A DNA stretch of 64,000 nucleotides from a virus, in the IMG/VR virus record IMGVR_UViG_3300021961_008712, positions 96,001 to 160,000 of that record, one strand, 5' to 3'. The notes under the pieces are model-generated. The model made no database searches. It worked only from the letters and a program-made list of their open reading frames with translations, and was not told the origin of the DNA. A program made the position numbers and the translations under genes. Positions within the stretch are counted from its first letter, which is position 1; each line of letters starts with the position of its first letter. Positions 47,653-57,830 of this stretch are shown piece after piece.

Positions 47653-48094
47653 ATTAGTTGACTGTACTAGATGTGGCGGCAATGCTTGCTATGAACAGGT
47701 TATTAATGAAGAAGTAACTACATGGATGTGTATGGGATGTGGATTTACCACTTCTACAATACTTACAGAAGGAAGTGCCTTACATAATAACTTAATAGAA
47801 ACCGCTCCAGAATTATATAAAGACCTATTAGTTGTAGATAAGAATAATAGAGTTTGGGCCCCTTCTACTATCACTATTCCAAAAAAAGGAATGGTATTTG
47901 CTGATGGTACCGAAAAAAGAAACTGGACTTGGACTGCTGTAAAAGCTGTAAAATTAACCAAAGAAGAGATTGATTCTAAAAAATACCCAGAAGGTAATGA
48001 ATGGAGAATGGATATGCAAAATAAAAAATCCTTTAACTCTAATGACTTTATGGACGCTATGGATCATATTGGATTCTTTCAAGTAGAGCTATGA
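47645..48094 (+). CDS. zinc-finger hypothetical protein
   Basis: CTRC...CMGC. Confidence 0.7.
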   Translation: MDKLVDCTRCGGNACYEQVINEEVTTWMCMGCGFTTSTILTEGSALHNNLIETAPELYKDLLVVDKNNRVWAPSTITIPKKGMVFADGTEKRNWTWTAVKAVKLTKEEIDSKKYPEGNEWRMDMQNKKSFNSNDFMDAMDHIGFFQVEL

Positions 48095-48714
48095 AAATAA
48101 GTTATGCAATAACTGTTTGTAATGAAAAGAAGGAAGTAAAGCGATTGGTGGACTTTCTTTTATTCTATAAACGTCCAATAGACGAAATAGTTGTATTGTA
48201 TGACCAGAAAAACGGAGATGATGCAGTCATCAGAATGCTCACTAAGATGAATAAGCTGCCTAACTTCCAAGTATGGAGAGGATTTTTTGATAATGACTTT
48301 GCTGCTTGGAAGAATAAGCTTAAAGATTACTGCAAAGGAGATTACATATTTCAGATAGATGCTGATGAAATACCTAACAAAGCTCTTATTAAAAATCTTC
48401 CTACTATATTGACATCAAACCCAGATAATGAAGTATACTTAGTACCTAGAGTAAATACAGTCAAAGGTCTAACACAAGAACATGTTGATCGATGGAGATG
48501 GAACGTAAGCGATAAAGGTTGGATAAATTGGCCAGACTATCAGTGGCGCATTTGGAAAAATAAATCTGAGATAATTTGGAAGAATAGGGTACATGAAAAA
48601 CTTGATGGTTTTAAAACATACTCCCTTTTTCCTGCTCAAGAAGAGTTAGCTTTATATCATCCAAAAGATATAGAACGTCAAGAAAAACAGAACGCTTATT
48701 ACGATACATTATGA
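48091..48714 (+). CDS. glycosyltransferase family 2
   Basis: ITVCNE, QIDADE, WPDYQWR, VHE. Confidence 0.88.
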   Translation: MKISYAITVCNEKKEVKRLVDFLLFYKRPIDEIVVLYDQKNGDDAVIRMLTKMNKLPNFQVWRGFFDNDFAAWKNKLKDYCKGDYIFQIDADEIPNKALIKNLPTILTSNPDNEVYLVPRVNTVKGLTQEHVDRWRWNVSDKGWINWPDYQWRIWKNKSEIIWKNRVHEKLDGFKTYSLFPAQEELALYHPKDIERQEKQNAYYDTL

Positions 48715-48869
48715 TTAAAATAGATGTTAAAATCGGCGATACTATTATGACTGGTCGATTTAAAAATAAAAGAGTAAAAGTTAAAACTATTGAATACGAT
48801 GAATTTGGTATGCCTATTATAAATGGTAGACCTGCATGTACTTTTAGATTAGTTCCAAACCCAAGATAG
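48711..48869 (+). CDS. small hypothetical protein (52 aa, not in ORF track)
   Basis: ATGA overlap; MIKIDVKIGDTIMTGRFKNK. Confidence 0.65.
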   Translation: MIKIDVKIGDTIMTGRFKNKRVKVKTIEYDEFGMPIINGRPACTFRLVPNPR

Positions 48870-48883
48870 CCATATTTATTATT

Positions 48884-49474
48884 ATGGAATATAAAGAAGC
48901 ACTATCATTAGCAGACGGAGTAAAAGGTTCCTTGATCGAATTAGGATTCGGTAAAGGTAACAGCTTGAAAGAGTTCATAGGATATATGAATAATTTAGAT
49001 ATTAGTAAACGTAATATTTGGATATATGAATCTTTCGATGGATATAATACTCCAACTGTAGAAGACAAGGGTGCATTTAAAAAAGGAGAATTTAAAAGAC
49101 CTCCTCATCCTGCTTACGATATTCAGCATACAATCAATACAGAAGTAAAACTAGTAAAAGGGTATATAGAAGAAACACTTCCAAAGAATTACGATAAAAG
49201 TCAAGTAGCTATTATACATTCACATTTGATTAGTTACTCAAGTACTTTGCATGGATTAAATAGTTTCTCTAAGTACTTGATTCCTGGCGGCATTATTGTA
49301 GTTACTGACTATGAAGCTTTTCCTGGGACTAAACAAGCAGTTGATGAATTTATTGCCCAACATAACCCTCACTATAGATTAGTAGAAGCTAATAGTAATT
49401 TTGCACTAATTAAAAGGGTACCTGTTAAAGATTTTAAAACTAAAGTACAAAGATCGAGATCGTCTATGACTTAG
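48884..49474 (+). CDS. TylF/MycF-like O-methyltransferase (divergent)
   Basis: ELGFGKG, ESFDG, KGYIEETL, GGIIVVTDY, AVDEF. Confidence 0.75.
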   Translation: MEYKEALSLADGVKGSLIELGFGKGNSLKEFIGYMNNLDISKRNIWIYESFDGYNTPTVEDKGAFKKGEFKRPPHPAYDIQHTINTEVKLVKGYIEETLPKNYDKSQVAIIHSHLISYSSTLHGLNSFSKYLIPGGIIVVTDYEAFPGTKQAVDEFIAQHNPHYRLVEANSNFALIKRVPVKDFKTKVQRSRSSMT

Positions 49475-49508
49475 TTGGTTATGACATAAATTTTTCGTAT
49501 ATTGTAAT

Positions 49509-49811
49509 ATGGTTATATATGTAGACATCGATGAAACTATTGCTGATTATTTACCAGATCAGGATAGAAGAGCTTATGATAAAGCTACACCAATTCATAT
49601 CAATATAGACAAGATAAACAAGCTCTATGACGAAGGTCATGAGATCACTTACTGGACTGCAAGAGGTACTCTTTCCGGAATAGACTGGTATGATGTTACT
49701 AAAAAGCAGCTTGATGAGTGGGGATGTAAATATCATAATTTGATCACAGGTCAAAAGCCTGCATACGATTTATTAATTTGTGATAAAAGTAAACGAATAG
49801 AAGAGCTATAA
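49509..49811 (+). CDS. HAD-family phosphatase (capsule-biosynthesis type)
   Basis: DIDET, WTAR, KP..D...DK. Confidence 0.8.
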   Translation: MVIYVDIDETIADYLPDQDRRAYDKATPIHINIDKINKLYDEGHEITYWTARGTLSGIDWYDVTKKQLDEWGCKYHNLITGQKPAYDLLICDKSKRIEEL

Positions 49812-50128
49812 TGAGTCAGATTTATATTACTAAAAAGAAAAGATTTGATTCTTTAGCTGAGGGTCATATTAAGAATATAGATATACAGTACGTAACTAAA
49901 GGAGTAGAAGTAGTTGAAGTATATACAAAAGATCAAGTAGAGTTAGTACAGGAATACGATGAAGAGAAGGACTATGCTCTATATAAACCGATTGCTCCAG
50001 GACGAAAAGTTATCCTACGACCATATGAAATTTTAGTTCTATACCCAGAAGATTTACACATCCCAGGTTTAGCTCTAGACGAAGAAGAAGAAGTAGAAAA
50101 AGTAGTTATTAAAATACCATACAAATGA
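49811..50128 (+). CDS. YhcH/NanQ-like (sialic acid anomerase family) protein
   Basis: EGHIKNIDIQY, YPEDLHIPG, KVVIKI. Confidence 0.75.
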   Translation: MSQIYITKKKRFDSLAEGHIKNIDIQYVTKGVEVVEVYTKDQVELVQEYDEEKDYALYKPIAPGRKVILRPYEILVLYPEDLHIPGLALDEEEEVEKVVIKIPYK

Positions 50129-50976
50129 AAAGAACCTACATTATAGGCGAGATTGGAATTAATCATCAAGGAGATATTAATATAGCAAAGAGGCTTATTG
50201 ATATTGCCGCAGCATCTGGATGTGATGCTGTAAAATTTCAGAAAAGGAACCCGGACGTTTGTGTGCCAGAGGCACAAAAGAACAAACCGAGAAGCTGGCA
50301 AGGAGTGGATATGACATATCTTGAGTACAAATACAAAGTCGAATTCGGCAAGGAAGAGTATGATGAGATTGATCGTTACTGCAAGCAACAAGGCATTGCC
50401 TGGTCAGCTTCTCCCTGGGATCTTGATTCTGTAGACTTTCTAGAACAGTACAACTTACCATTCATCAAAATTCCCTCAGCTTCCTTAACCGACGATGCAC
50501 TACTAACTGCATGTGTTAAAAGGTTTCCTAGAGTAATTTTCTCTACAGGTATGTCGACTGAGGAGGAAATTGATCATGCAGTAGACACATTGAGAAAAGC
50601 TAAGTTCTACTTTAAAAAGACAGAACCAATAGGGCTACTTCATTGTAATTCTACTTACCCTGCCCCTATAAATGAATTGAATCTATCTGCTATTAAAACA
50701 CTAGCTGATAAGTATCCTGATTTTGAAATAGGATACTCAGGTCATGAGTTTAGGTTAGGTACTTCCGTTGCTGCAGTTTACTTAGGAGCTTCAATTATAG
50801 AAAGACATATCACTTTAGATAGAACAATGGAAGGCTCAGATCACATGGCATCTGTTGAACCTCAAGGATTATTTAAACTTGTATCTGGTATTAGAGAACT
50901 AGAACAAGCTTATGGTGATGGTATAATTAAAGTAACTGAATCAGAAAAACCTGTAAGGGAAAAACTTAGAGGATAA
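50125..50976 (+). CDS. neuB: nonulosonic acid synthase, NeuB family
   Basis: EIGINHQG, AVKFQ, KIPS, STGM, HCNSTYP, GYSGHE, ERHITLD. Confidence 0.93.
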   Translation: MKRTYIIGEIGINHQGDINIAKRLIDIAAASGCDAVKFQKRNPDVCVPEAQKNKPRSWQGVDMTYLEYKYKVEFGKEEYDEIDRYCKQQGIAWSASPWDLDSVDFLEQYNLPFIKIPSASLTDDALLTACVKRFPRVIFSTGMSTEEEIDHAVDTLRKAKFYFKKTEPIGLLHCNSTYPAPINELNLSAIKTLADKYPDFEIGYSGHEFRLGTSVAAVYLGASIIERHITLDRTMEGSDHMASVEPQGLFKLVSGIRELEQAYGDGIIKVTESEKPVREKLRG

Positions 50977-52061
50977 TGAATATTCTACATTTAGGAGTAT
51001 TTGACAGGAACATTGGAGATAATATTGCTCTAGCTCATGTAGAATACTCTTTAAATAAGTACATAGGAGAGGTAGGAGTATATAAAGTTAATTTAGAATC
51101 ATTCTGGAGACATGATAACTCTTTAGAATATACTAGAAGCGTCTATAACCAGTTTGTAGGTAAGATAGATGCTATACTAGTTGGAGGCGGAGGCCTGATA
51201 GAATACAGTGGTTATGAAAATAAGAAGAGCGGTTGGAAGTTGCCTTTTTGGCATGAGACTTTAAAGTTTATAAAAGTACCTATATACTACTATGGCTTGG
51301 GAGTCAATACCTTTAGAGGAGGAGAGGAATACTCTGAAGAGGCAAAAAAAGCATTAACAGACACTATAAATCATGCCACAGCTTTCTCAGTAAGAAACGA
51401 TGGATCATATGAAAAGTTAGCTAACTGGATTAAACTAGATAAAAAAACTCTTTCTAAAGTTGAAGTCGTACCAGACCCAGGACTACTACATTTAGATGGA
51501 TTTGGAATAGAAAGAAAGCAAACAGTTACTAACTTAGGCTTTCAACCAGCGATAAATGTTAACTCTGGTATTAATATACATCGTTTTGGAGAGAATGGAT
51601 TATCTCAACTAATAAAGAGGTTTGAGAATACTCCTTCTTATCCTCATACTGCTAATGATTTTCTATTTGGTAAACCAGTAGTGCAGAGGTATGAATTTTT
51701 AAGACATTATAAATACTTTGACAAGTTTCATGAATTTTTATATCAATATCCTAAATCAGATTACGTAGTCTCTATGAGAGGTCACGGACAGATGATAACT
51801 ATGGGAATGAACATACCTGGGATTTATTTGAGTTCACAAGATAAAGTTAGAGACTTCTCCTTACTTAATGGTTTTAAAGACTATGATGTAGATATGAGAG
51901 AGGAACATTGGCCTGAAATCCTTGAGGAATGTATTGCTAAAATGACAGAACCTAATTCTAAATACCTAGAAAATTGGTACGATATTAGAGATGAATTTAT
52001 TAATGATTGTCATAAAATAGATGAAAATTGGATTAAAAAACATTTTGATTCTATTGGATAA
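50976..52061 (+). CDS. polysaccharide pyruvyl transferase family
   Basis: NIGD, VGGGGL, SVRN, PDP, MRGHG. Confidence 0.8.
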   Translation: MNILHLGVFDRNIGDNIALAHVEYSLNKYIGEVGVYKVNLESFWRHDNSLEYTRSVYNQFVGKIDAILVGGGGLIEYSGYENKKSGWKLPFWHETLKFIKVPIYYYGLGVNTFRGGEEYSEEAKKALTDTINHATAFSVRNDGSYEKLANWIKLDKKTLSKVEVVPDPGLLHLDGFGIERKQTVTNLGFQPAINVNSGINIHRFGENGLSQLIKRFENTPSYPHTANDFLFGKPVVQRYEFLRHYKYFDKFHEFLYQYPKSDYVVSMRGHGQMITMGMNIPGIYLSSQDKVRDFSLLNGFKDYDVDMREEHWPEILEECIAKMTEPNSKYLENWYDIRDEFINDCHKIDENWIKKHFDSIG

Positions 52062-52080
52062 TTTACTATATTAAGATAAT

Positions 52081-52785
52081 ATGAACTTTCAAAAAAAATA
52101 TACAGACAGAGACATTTTAATCATCGGAGGTGGAACATCTACGTTAGATAGAAAATGGGAAAATATAATTGACGATAAGACTTTTATATGGACCTGTAAT
52201 GATTTCTATTTGAATGATAGAGTATGTAAGCAGAACATTGACTTATATCAGCTTGCCTATACTACTGAGTTAGATAATCCAAAACTAATTAAAAAGTTAA
52301 AAGATAATAAACCGTTTGTATACTATGAGTTTGATCACTATAGACAAAAATACAAAGAACCGGAATTCAAACAATTTGAATCAAATATTGGTTTTGGCGT
52401 ACCAGGAATGAATATAGATATGGGAGAATGGTTTTATCGACCTGCACAGAAATCAGGAGCGGTTCTTAGATTAATTTTACTAGCACAAGTTACTAATGCT
52501 AAAAATATCTATTTTGTAGGCTATGACGGGTTTAATAAAAGTTTTTCTAATAAGCATGCTTTTACTGGGCATGTAGGTCTGAAAGATACAGATCATAGAA
52601 GAGATTACGATGGTAATGAATTATCATATGTTAATGTTTTTGAAGATGCTTACAAACTATTAGCACATAATAAAGCATGTAAGAAATTACAAAACTTAGG
52701 AGAGGGATTAGATTATAATTTAGGTACAAGAATAAGTCAGCAATATTTTCCATTAAGACCAGAAGTATATGAAGCCATTAGATAG
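52081..52785 (+). CDS. Maf/DUF115 or sialyltransferase-like protein
   Basis: IIGGGTS, TCN, SG, IYFVGYDG. Confidence 0.6.
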   Translation: MNFQKKYTDRDILIIGGGTSTLDRKWENIIDDKTFIWTCNDFYLNDRVCKQNIDLYQLAYTTELDNPKLIKKLKDNKPFVYYEFDHYRQKYKEPEFKQFESNIGFGVPGMNIDMGEWFYRPAQKSGAVLRLILLAQVTNAKNIYFVGYDGFNKSFSNKHAFTGHVGLKDTDHRRDYDGNELSYVNVFEDAYKLLAHNKACKKLQNLGEGLDYNLGTRISQQYFPLRPEVYEAIR

Positions 52786-53458
52786 CATAGCAATTATAGT
52801 ACAATCAAGACTTAACAGTCAAAGAGTACCTCAGAAGATGATTAGACCTTTTGCAGGTACTACTTTATTTGATTTAGTTTTGTCAAAAGTTAAACAAGCT
52901 CTTCCTAGTAAACAAGAGCATATATGGGCTTCTGTTTATGAACCTGAGTTAGTAGATATTGCTAAAAGACAAGGAGTAAATGTATTTGGTAGAAGCAGGG
53001 CATCAGCCAACAACGATAATTCTCTACAGATGATTTACGAATGGCATGATAAACTTCCTAGTGAATACAAATATGTAATGCTCGTTTCAGGATGTAACCC
53101 TCTTCTTAAACCAGAAACAATTAGAGATTTTTATAATAAGTTTAATGCTCAAGAGGAAGAGAACTTATTTGCAGTAATAGAAAAGAAACAATACTATTGG
53201 AATAAAGAAGGTGCTTTAGTTACTCCATGGCCAGAAGATCAGACGATTATGAACACTAAAGCAGTAGAGCCAACATATGAAGCAGCTCATGTACTCTATG
53301 CATCTAGATTAGATATTATTAAGGATAATAGATTTATGGGTGACTTTCAAGCACCAGGTGGAATAAAGTTATTTACTATGCCAGAATTAGAAGCTTTTGA
53401 TATTGACTATGAATGGCAATTTACAGTTGGAGAAAAACTATTTAAAGAGGGATTATGA
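52769..53458 (+). CDS. neuA: CMP-nonulosonate synthetase, NeuA family
   Basis: SRLNSQRVPQKM, CNPLL, AFDIDYEWQF. Confidence 0.88.
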   Translation: MKPLDSIAIIVQSRLNSQRVPQKMIRPFAGTTLFDLVLSKVKQALPSKQEHIWASVYEPELVDIAKRQGVNVFGRSRASANNDNSLQMIYEWHDKLPSEYKYVMLVSGCNPLLKPETIRDFYNKFNAQEEENLFAVIEKKQYYWNKEGALVTPWPEDQTIMNTKAVEPTYEAAHVLYASRLDIIKDNRFMGDFQAPGGIKLFTMPELEAFDIDYEWQFTVGEKLFKEGL

Positions 53459-53916
53459 TTTATTGGTTTACAGGACAACCGGGAGCAGGTAAAAGCGTTT
53501 TAGCTAAGATGTTACATAAAATTAAACCTGATGCCTTTATGATAGATGGAGATGATATGAGAGCATTATTCTCTAATAAAGACTATTCTATTAAAGGAAG
53601 AGTAGAAAATGTCAGCACAGCTCAACGAATTGCACACTACCTTAATAATCAAGGTAAAGATGTAATTGTAGCGCTAGTTGCTCCTTACATAGATCAAAGA
53701 GAAGATTTCAAGATTCTAATGAATGATGAAATTATAGAAATATATGTACATACTTCTGAAGCTAGAGAAAGAGACCATTTTAAAGCTATTGCATATATAG
53801 CTCCAGAAGGAAATTATATCGACATTGATACAACAGTCGATGAACCTGAAGAGAGTTTTAATAAATTATTATCCTTAATAGCAGCAAGATGGAAAAAAAG
53901 AATACCTACTTCGTAG
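53455..53916 (+). CDS. cysC: adenylylsulfate kinase
   Basis: WFTGQPGAGKS, IDGDDMR, VAPY. Confidence 0.88.
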   Translation: MIYWFTGQPGAGKSVLAKMLHKIKPDAFMIDGDDMRALFSNKDYSIKGRVENVSTAQRIAHYLNNQGKDVIVALVAPYIDQREDFKILMNDEIIEIYVHTSEARERDHFKAIAYIAPEGNYIDIDTTVDEPEESFNKLLSLIAARWKKRIPTS

Positions 53917-54272
53917 ATATAGATGGCACTATATTCTTCTACAGACAGTTTGATACATATCTAACTTCTGATGCTCAAGTTATCAAGAAGTCTAAATTAT
54001 TTTTACAACAAGTAAGAGATGAAGGGCACACAATTGTACTAACAACAGCACGGCCAAACGATTTAAGAATACACACAGAATACGAATTACAAATAAATAA
54101 TATTCCGTACGACCATTTAGTAATGGGAATCGGAAGAGGAACCCGCTACTTAATTAACGACATAGACCCAAATACACCTAACCTAAAGAGAGCAATTGGA
54201 GTTAATATACTCAGAGACTCAGGCATAGCTCCAATCTCTCTCAAAGAACACTATTATGAAGAAGAAATTTAG
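53889..54272 (+). CDS. HAD-family hydrolase
   Basis: DIDGT, TTAR, IND. Confidence 0.8.
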   Translation: MEKKNTYFVDIDGTIFFYRQFDTYLTSDAQVIKKSKLFLQQVRDEGHTIVLTTARPNDLRIHTEYELQINNIPYDHLVMGIGRGTRYLINDIDPNTPNLKRAIGVNILRDSGIAPISLKEHYYEEEI

Positions 54273-54612
54273 CCTTTATATCGGTAGATGGCAACCCTGG
54301 CATCCAGGACATAGATGGTTGATAGACCAAAGACTCAAAGAAGGAAAAAATGTATGGATTGCAATTAGGGATGTTGAACCAAGTGAGAACCAACCATGGA
54401 CTGCTCATGAAGTACTGATGAATTTAGAAAAAGAACTTATTGACCTAATTCAAGAAGGTAAAATATTTATTAGCATAGTACCTGATATAGAATCGGTTAA
54501 CTATGGAAGAGGAGTAGGTTATGAAGTTATCGAACACATTCCTCCAGATAATATTAAAGAAATCTCTGCCACTAAAATTAGAGAGCAGATGAGAAATGAT
54601 GGAAAATTATGA
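54256..54612 (+). CDS. HxGH nucleotidyltransferase (cytidylyltransferase-like)
   Basis: GRWQPWHPGH, ISATKIR. Confidence 0.85.
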   Translation: MKKKFSLYIGRWQPWHPGHRWLIDQRLKEGKNVWIAIRDVEPSENQPWTAHEVLMNLEKELIDLIQEGKIFISIVPDIESVNYGRGVGYEVIEHIPPDNIKEISATKIREQMRNDGKL

Positions 54613-55163
54613 AAACATTAATTCTTGCTTTACCTAGAACTGGTTCTACTTCCTTGTTTAAGCAAATGGTCCACGAGACTAAGGCTTTAGGTATATTTAA
54701 CCCTTATCAGAATAGTAATGATATTCAAACGGAAATTCCTTGGGATACTAATATGCCGTTAATTGTAAAGCAGAATATTATTTACCCTCCTGAATTGGAT
54801 ATTAATGAGAAAGTAAAATTTTATATTGAATTTGCTTCCAAGTTTGACAAAGTAAGATATCTTTATAGAGAAGATATAGTAGCTCATGCAGAGAGTTTTG
54901 CATGGATGAACCAAGGCAACGAATACCATAGGTTCATGTCCGATAGGGAAGGCTTTACATCCGATGAAAAGTATATAATAAAGCGAGAGCAAATTTCTGA
55001 AGAACAAATGAATTGGGCTATAGGCCAGATCTATGCTAATGACTTAGTTTTAAGAAGGGTATGTGCTAATCTAGGAGGTAAGTTAGAAGCATATGAAGAT
55101 TTATTTGACATTTGGGGCCCTGGTAGATATAGACAACTAAAAGAAGAGAGTAGATTAATTTAA
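54609..55163 (+). CDS. sulfotransferase-like P-loop protein (paralog 3)
   Basis: ALPRTGSTSL, YEDL. Confidence 0.7.
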   Translation: MKTLILALPRTGSTSLFKQMVHETKALGIFNPYQNSNDIQTEIPWDTNMPLIVKQNIIYPPELDINEKVKFYIEFASKFDKVRYLYREDIVAHAESFAWMNQGNEYHRFMSDREGFTSDEKYIIKREQISEEQMNWAIGQIYANDLVLRRVCANLGGKLEAYEDLFDIWGPGRYRQLKEESRLI

Positions 55164-55390
55164 TGGTTTCAGTTAAACGACACATACTTAAAACTATTAC
55201 TTGGAGAATTATCGGTACAATAGATACGATGATTCTTTCCTGGATTATTACAGGTTCACTTAAAATTGGAATGGCAATAGGAGGAGTAGAAGTAATAACA
55301 AAAATGGTTTTATATTATTTCCATGAAAGAGCATGGTACAGATTTAGCAGTTATGGAGTTGAAAAAAATAATACAGAAAACTCAAGATAG
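55163..55390 (+). CDS. DUF2061 membrane protein
   Basis: KTITWRIIGTIDT, KMVLYYFHERAW. Confidence 0.88.
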   Translation: MVSVKRHILKTITWRIIGTIDTMILSWIITGSLKIGMAIGGVEVITKMVLYYFHERAWYRFSSYGVEKNNTENSR

Positions 55391-56144
55391 TTACGAGAGA
55401 ATAAACTTACTCAAAGATGTATTTAAAGGTGAGACTGTTTATATAGTTACCCCTGGTCCTTCTCTCACTACTTTAGATAGAAATAAGTTAGTTGAAAAAC
55501 TTAAAGGTAAACCTGTCTTGGCTTGTAAACAAGCCTATGATTATGTTAAAGAAGTAGCTACATTTCATTTAATGTCCTGCTACTCTTATCAACCATACGA
55601 ATACTATTCAGATGATACGATTGTACATTGGCAGCTGACAGCAATGAATATGCCTCACGAAATCAATCGAATTAATAATGAGTGGAAATCTCCTGCTGAT
55701 ATACTAATACCTTGTTATTCTACTCCTTGGGTAGATATGTACAATACTACAGCATATAGTAGAAGATTTTCTCAGTTTGAAACTTACTCAACAGGAAAAA
55801 TAATATGGGGTCCAGGTATAATGTATGAGTCTGGTTTTCCGCTAGCTATGCATCTAGGAGCTAAAGAAATAGTAACGATTGGTTGGGATATAGGAGATTT
55901 GTCTAAATTTGAAAATAACCCTAGACATAAGTTAGGAGATGATTTATGGATCAAAGAACATGCTCAAAGTCTATATAAAACCCATGCCGGATCAGGACCC
56001 GATTATGAAGAATTGAAAGAGACTATAGACTCTACAAAAGAAATGTATGATTACTTCTTGGAAAAACAAATTAAAGTTCGTATATTATCTAATACAAGCC
56101 CAGCAGATAGCAGATTTGAACGTGTTACTTTAGATGAATTATAA
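55353..56144 (+). CDS. Maf/DUF115-like protein
   Basis: FKGETVYIVTPGPSL, HLGAKEIVTIGWD; likely start ATG 55353. Confidence 0.65.
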   Translation: MELKKIIQKTQDSYERINLLKDVFKGETVYIVTPGPSLTTLDRNKLVEKLKGKPVLACKQAYDYVKEVATFHLMSCYSYQPYEYYSDDTIVHWQLTAMNMPHEINRINNEWKSPADILIPCYSTPWVDMYNTTAYSRRFSQFETYSTGKIIWGPGIMYESGFPLAMHLGAKEIVTIGWDIGDLSKFENNPRHKLGDDLWIKEHAQSLYKTHAGSGPDYEELKETIDSTKEMYDYFLEKQIKVRILSNTSPADSRFERVTLDEL

Positions 56145-56949
56145 ACTAGCAATATACATAAAGACTTTTAGTAGAGACTTTAATCGTCTTGAAGTACTTG
56201 TTCAATCTATTCACAAATACAACAAGAGTAACATACCAGTATTTATCTCCTGCCCCAGAGACCAATCGGGTTCTTTATTTTCATTTATCGGTAAGGAAAA
56301 TTATACCTATATACCTGATGAATATATTTTTACTCCATTACATAACCTTTCTGGATGGGAAGACCAGATGCTAATAAAGCTTTATGCTCATAAAGCAATA
56401 CCTGCATCTAATATTTTAATTCTAGATTCTGATTGTTATTTTATCAAAGATTTTTATGAATCAGATTTTATAGCATATGACGATGTACCTTATACTATCA
56501 TACACGAAAATAAACAAGTAGCAGAATATGAATCAGTATTAAAGAATGGAGTTTATAATGAGACTGGTTATGCTAAGGCTGTAAGAGCTTATAGACAAAT
56601 ATTTGGAGGTAAGTCAAATAAAATATACGACTACGGACCTAATCCTCACTTATGGTCTGCAAAAGTATTAAATCATTTTGAAGAGCATTACCTTAAAGCA
56701 AATAATTTAACTCTAGAAAACTTTTGCTTAGCAATGAAAGGTCAATTTAATATTCATTTTAGAGAAACCTTAACATACGGAGAGTATTTGCTAGCTGCTA
56801 AACCTATCGATATTATTCCTTGCGGACCTTTCTTTAAAGTTTACCACTGGAAAGAGATGTGGAATTTCGAAAACGGAACAGGTTTAGAATTAGAAGAGAA
56901 TATTAAACAAAATTACTTAGGAGTAATTAAACAGTCAAATTGGTCATGA
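56134..56949 (+). CDS. GT-A-like protein (DUF6492-like)
   Basis: GWEDQMLIKL, ILDSD. Confidence 0.65.
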   Translation: MNYKLAIYIKTFSRDFNRLEVLVQSIHKYNKSNIPVFISCPRDQSGSLFSFIGKENYTYIPDEYIFTPLHNLSGWEDQMLIKLYAHKAIPASNILILDSDCYFIKDFYESDFIAYDDVPYTIIHENKQVAEYESVLKNGVYNETGYAKAVRAYRQIFGGKSNKIYDYGPNPHLWSAKVLNHFEEHYLKANNLTLENFCLAMKGQFNIHFRETLTYGEYLLAAKPIDIIPCGPFFKVYHWKEMWNFENGTGLELEENIKQNYLGVIKQSNWS

Positions 56950-57830
56950 TATTAATTCAAGTACATCATATGTGGTATGAAACTAACATGATACAGGAGT
57001 GTTGGGATTCAATTTTAGCAGCAAAGAAAGCAGCTCCAAAAGTAGATGTTAGAGTTAAGATTTGTCTAAATAAACAAACTTATATAGAAAAGCCTCAAGC
57101 AGGTTTTGATGTTGATGGTTTTTTTAGCAGACATTTAAATCATCCTCTGTTTAAGGATGCTAGTACTGAAATTACAATTAAGACAGATAAGCATCCATTC
57201 TATAACATAGCTGACTGGAGAAGAGAAGTATATGACCCAGAGGCTAAATATACAGTTTGGGGTGAAACTGATACAATTGTACCTAGAGACTTATTTGCAA
57301 TCCTAGATATGGTTGATATTAAAACCAGACACATATTAACTTTTGCCTCTAGGCCGATGTGGGACAACAGTTGGGATATAGTTACTCATGAAAGACTTCA
57401 AGGTTATTCTAAACCTTGTCAGTGTAAGGGGGAACATAAAGCTGATTGTATTGAATTACTTGATGCTCCTCTAAAATATAAGGACCACATTACTCAAAAA
57501 GAGTTAGATAAGTTTAATGACGAATCAGGCGATATTAAAATACAACAAGTACCTCATAAGATTGACGGAAGCTTAGTCTGTATTTCAGGTAATATGCAAA
57601 CACCATTCATAGCTCCCGGTATGCACTTTGTTAGAGAGGATACTTGCTTAGAGCATTTCTGTAGAATTAATAATATACCTCAGTGCTGTATTACCTCTAG
57701 ACTAAAAGGACATAACTACAAGCATCCAAACAAGAGAGTAGGAACAGATGCTACAAGAAATGATGAAGTATTTAGACAATATGCAGACGCTAGTATAGCT
57801 GCAATGAATAACTTTTTAACAGCATTATGA
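56946..57830 (+). CDS. putative glycosyltransferase
   Basis: WGETD, RED; located in the glycan island. Confidence 0.55.
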   Translation: MILIQVHHMWYETNMIQECWDSILAAKKAAPKVDVRVKICLNKQTYIEKPQAGFDVDGFFSRHLNHPLFKDASTEITIKTDKHPFYNIADWRREVYDPEAKYTVWGETDTIVPRDLFAILDMVDIKTRHILTFASRPMWDNSWDIVTHERLQGYSKPCQCKGEHKADCIELLDAPLKYKDHITQKELDKFNDESGDIKIQQVPHKIDGSLVCISGNMQTPFIAPGMHFVREDTCLEHFCRINNIPQCCITSRLKGHNYKHPNKRVGTDATRNDEVFRQYADASIAAMNNFLTAL

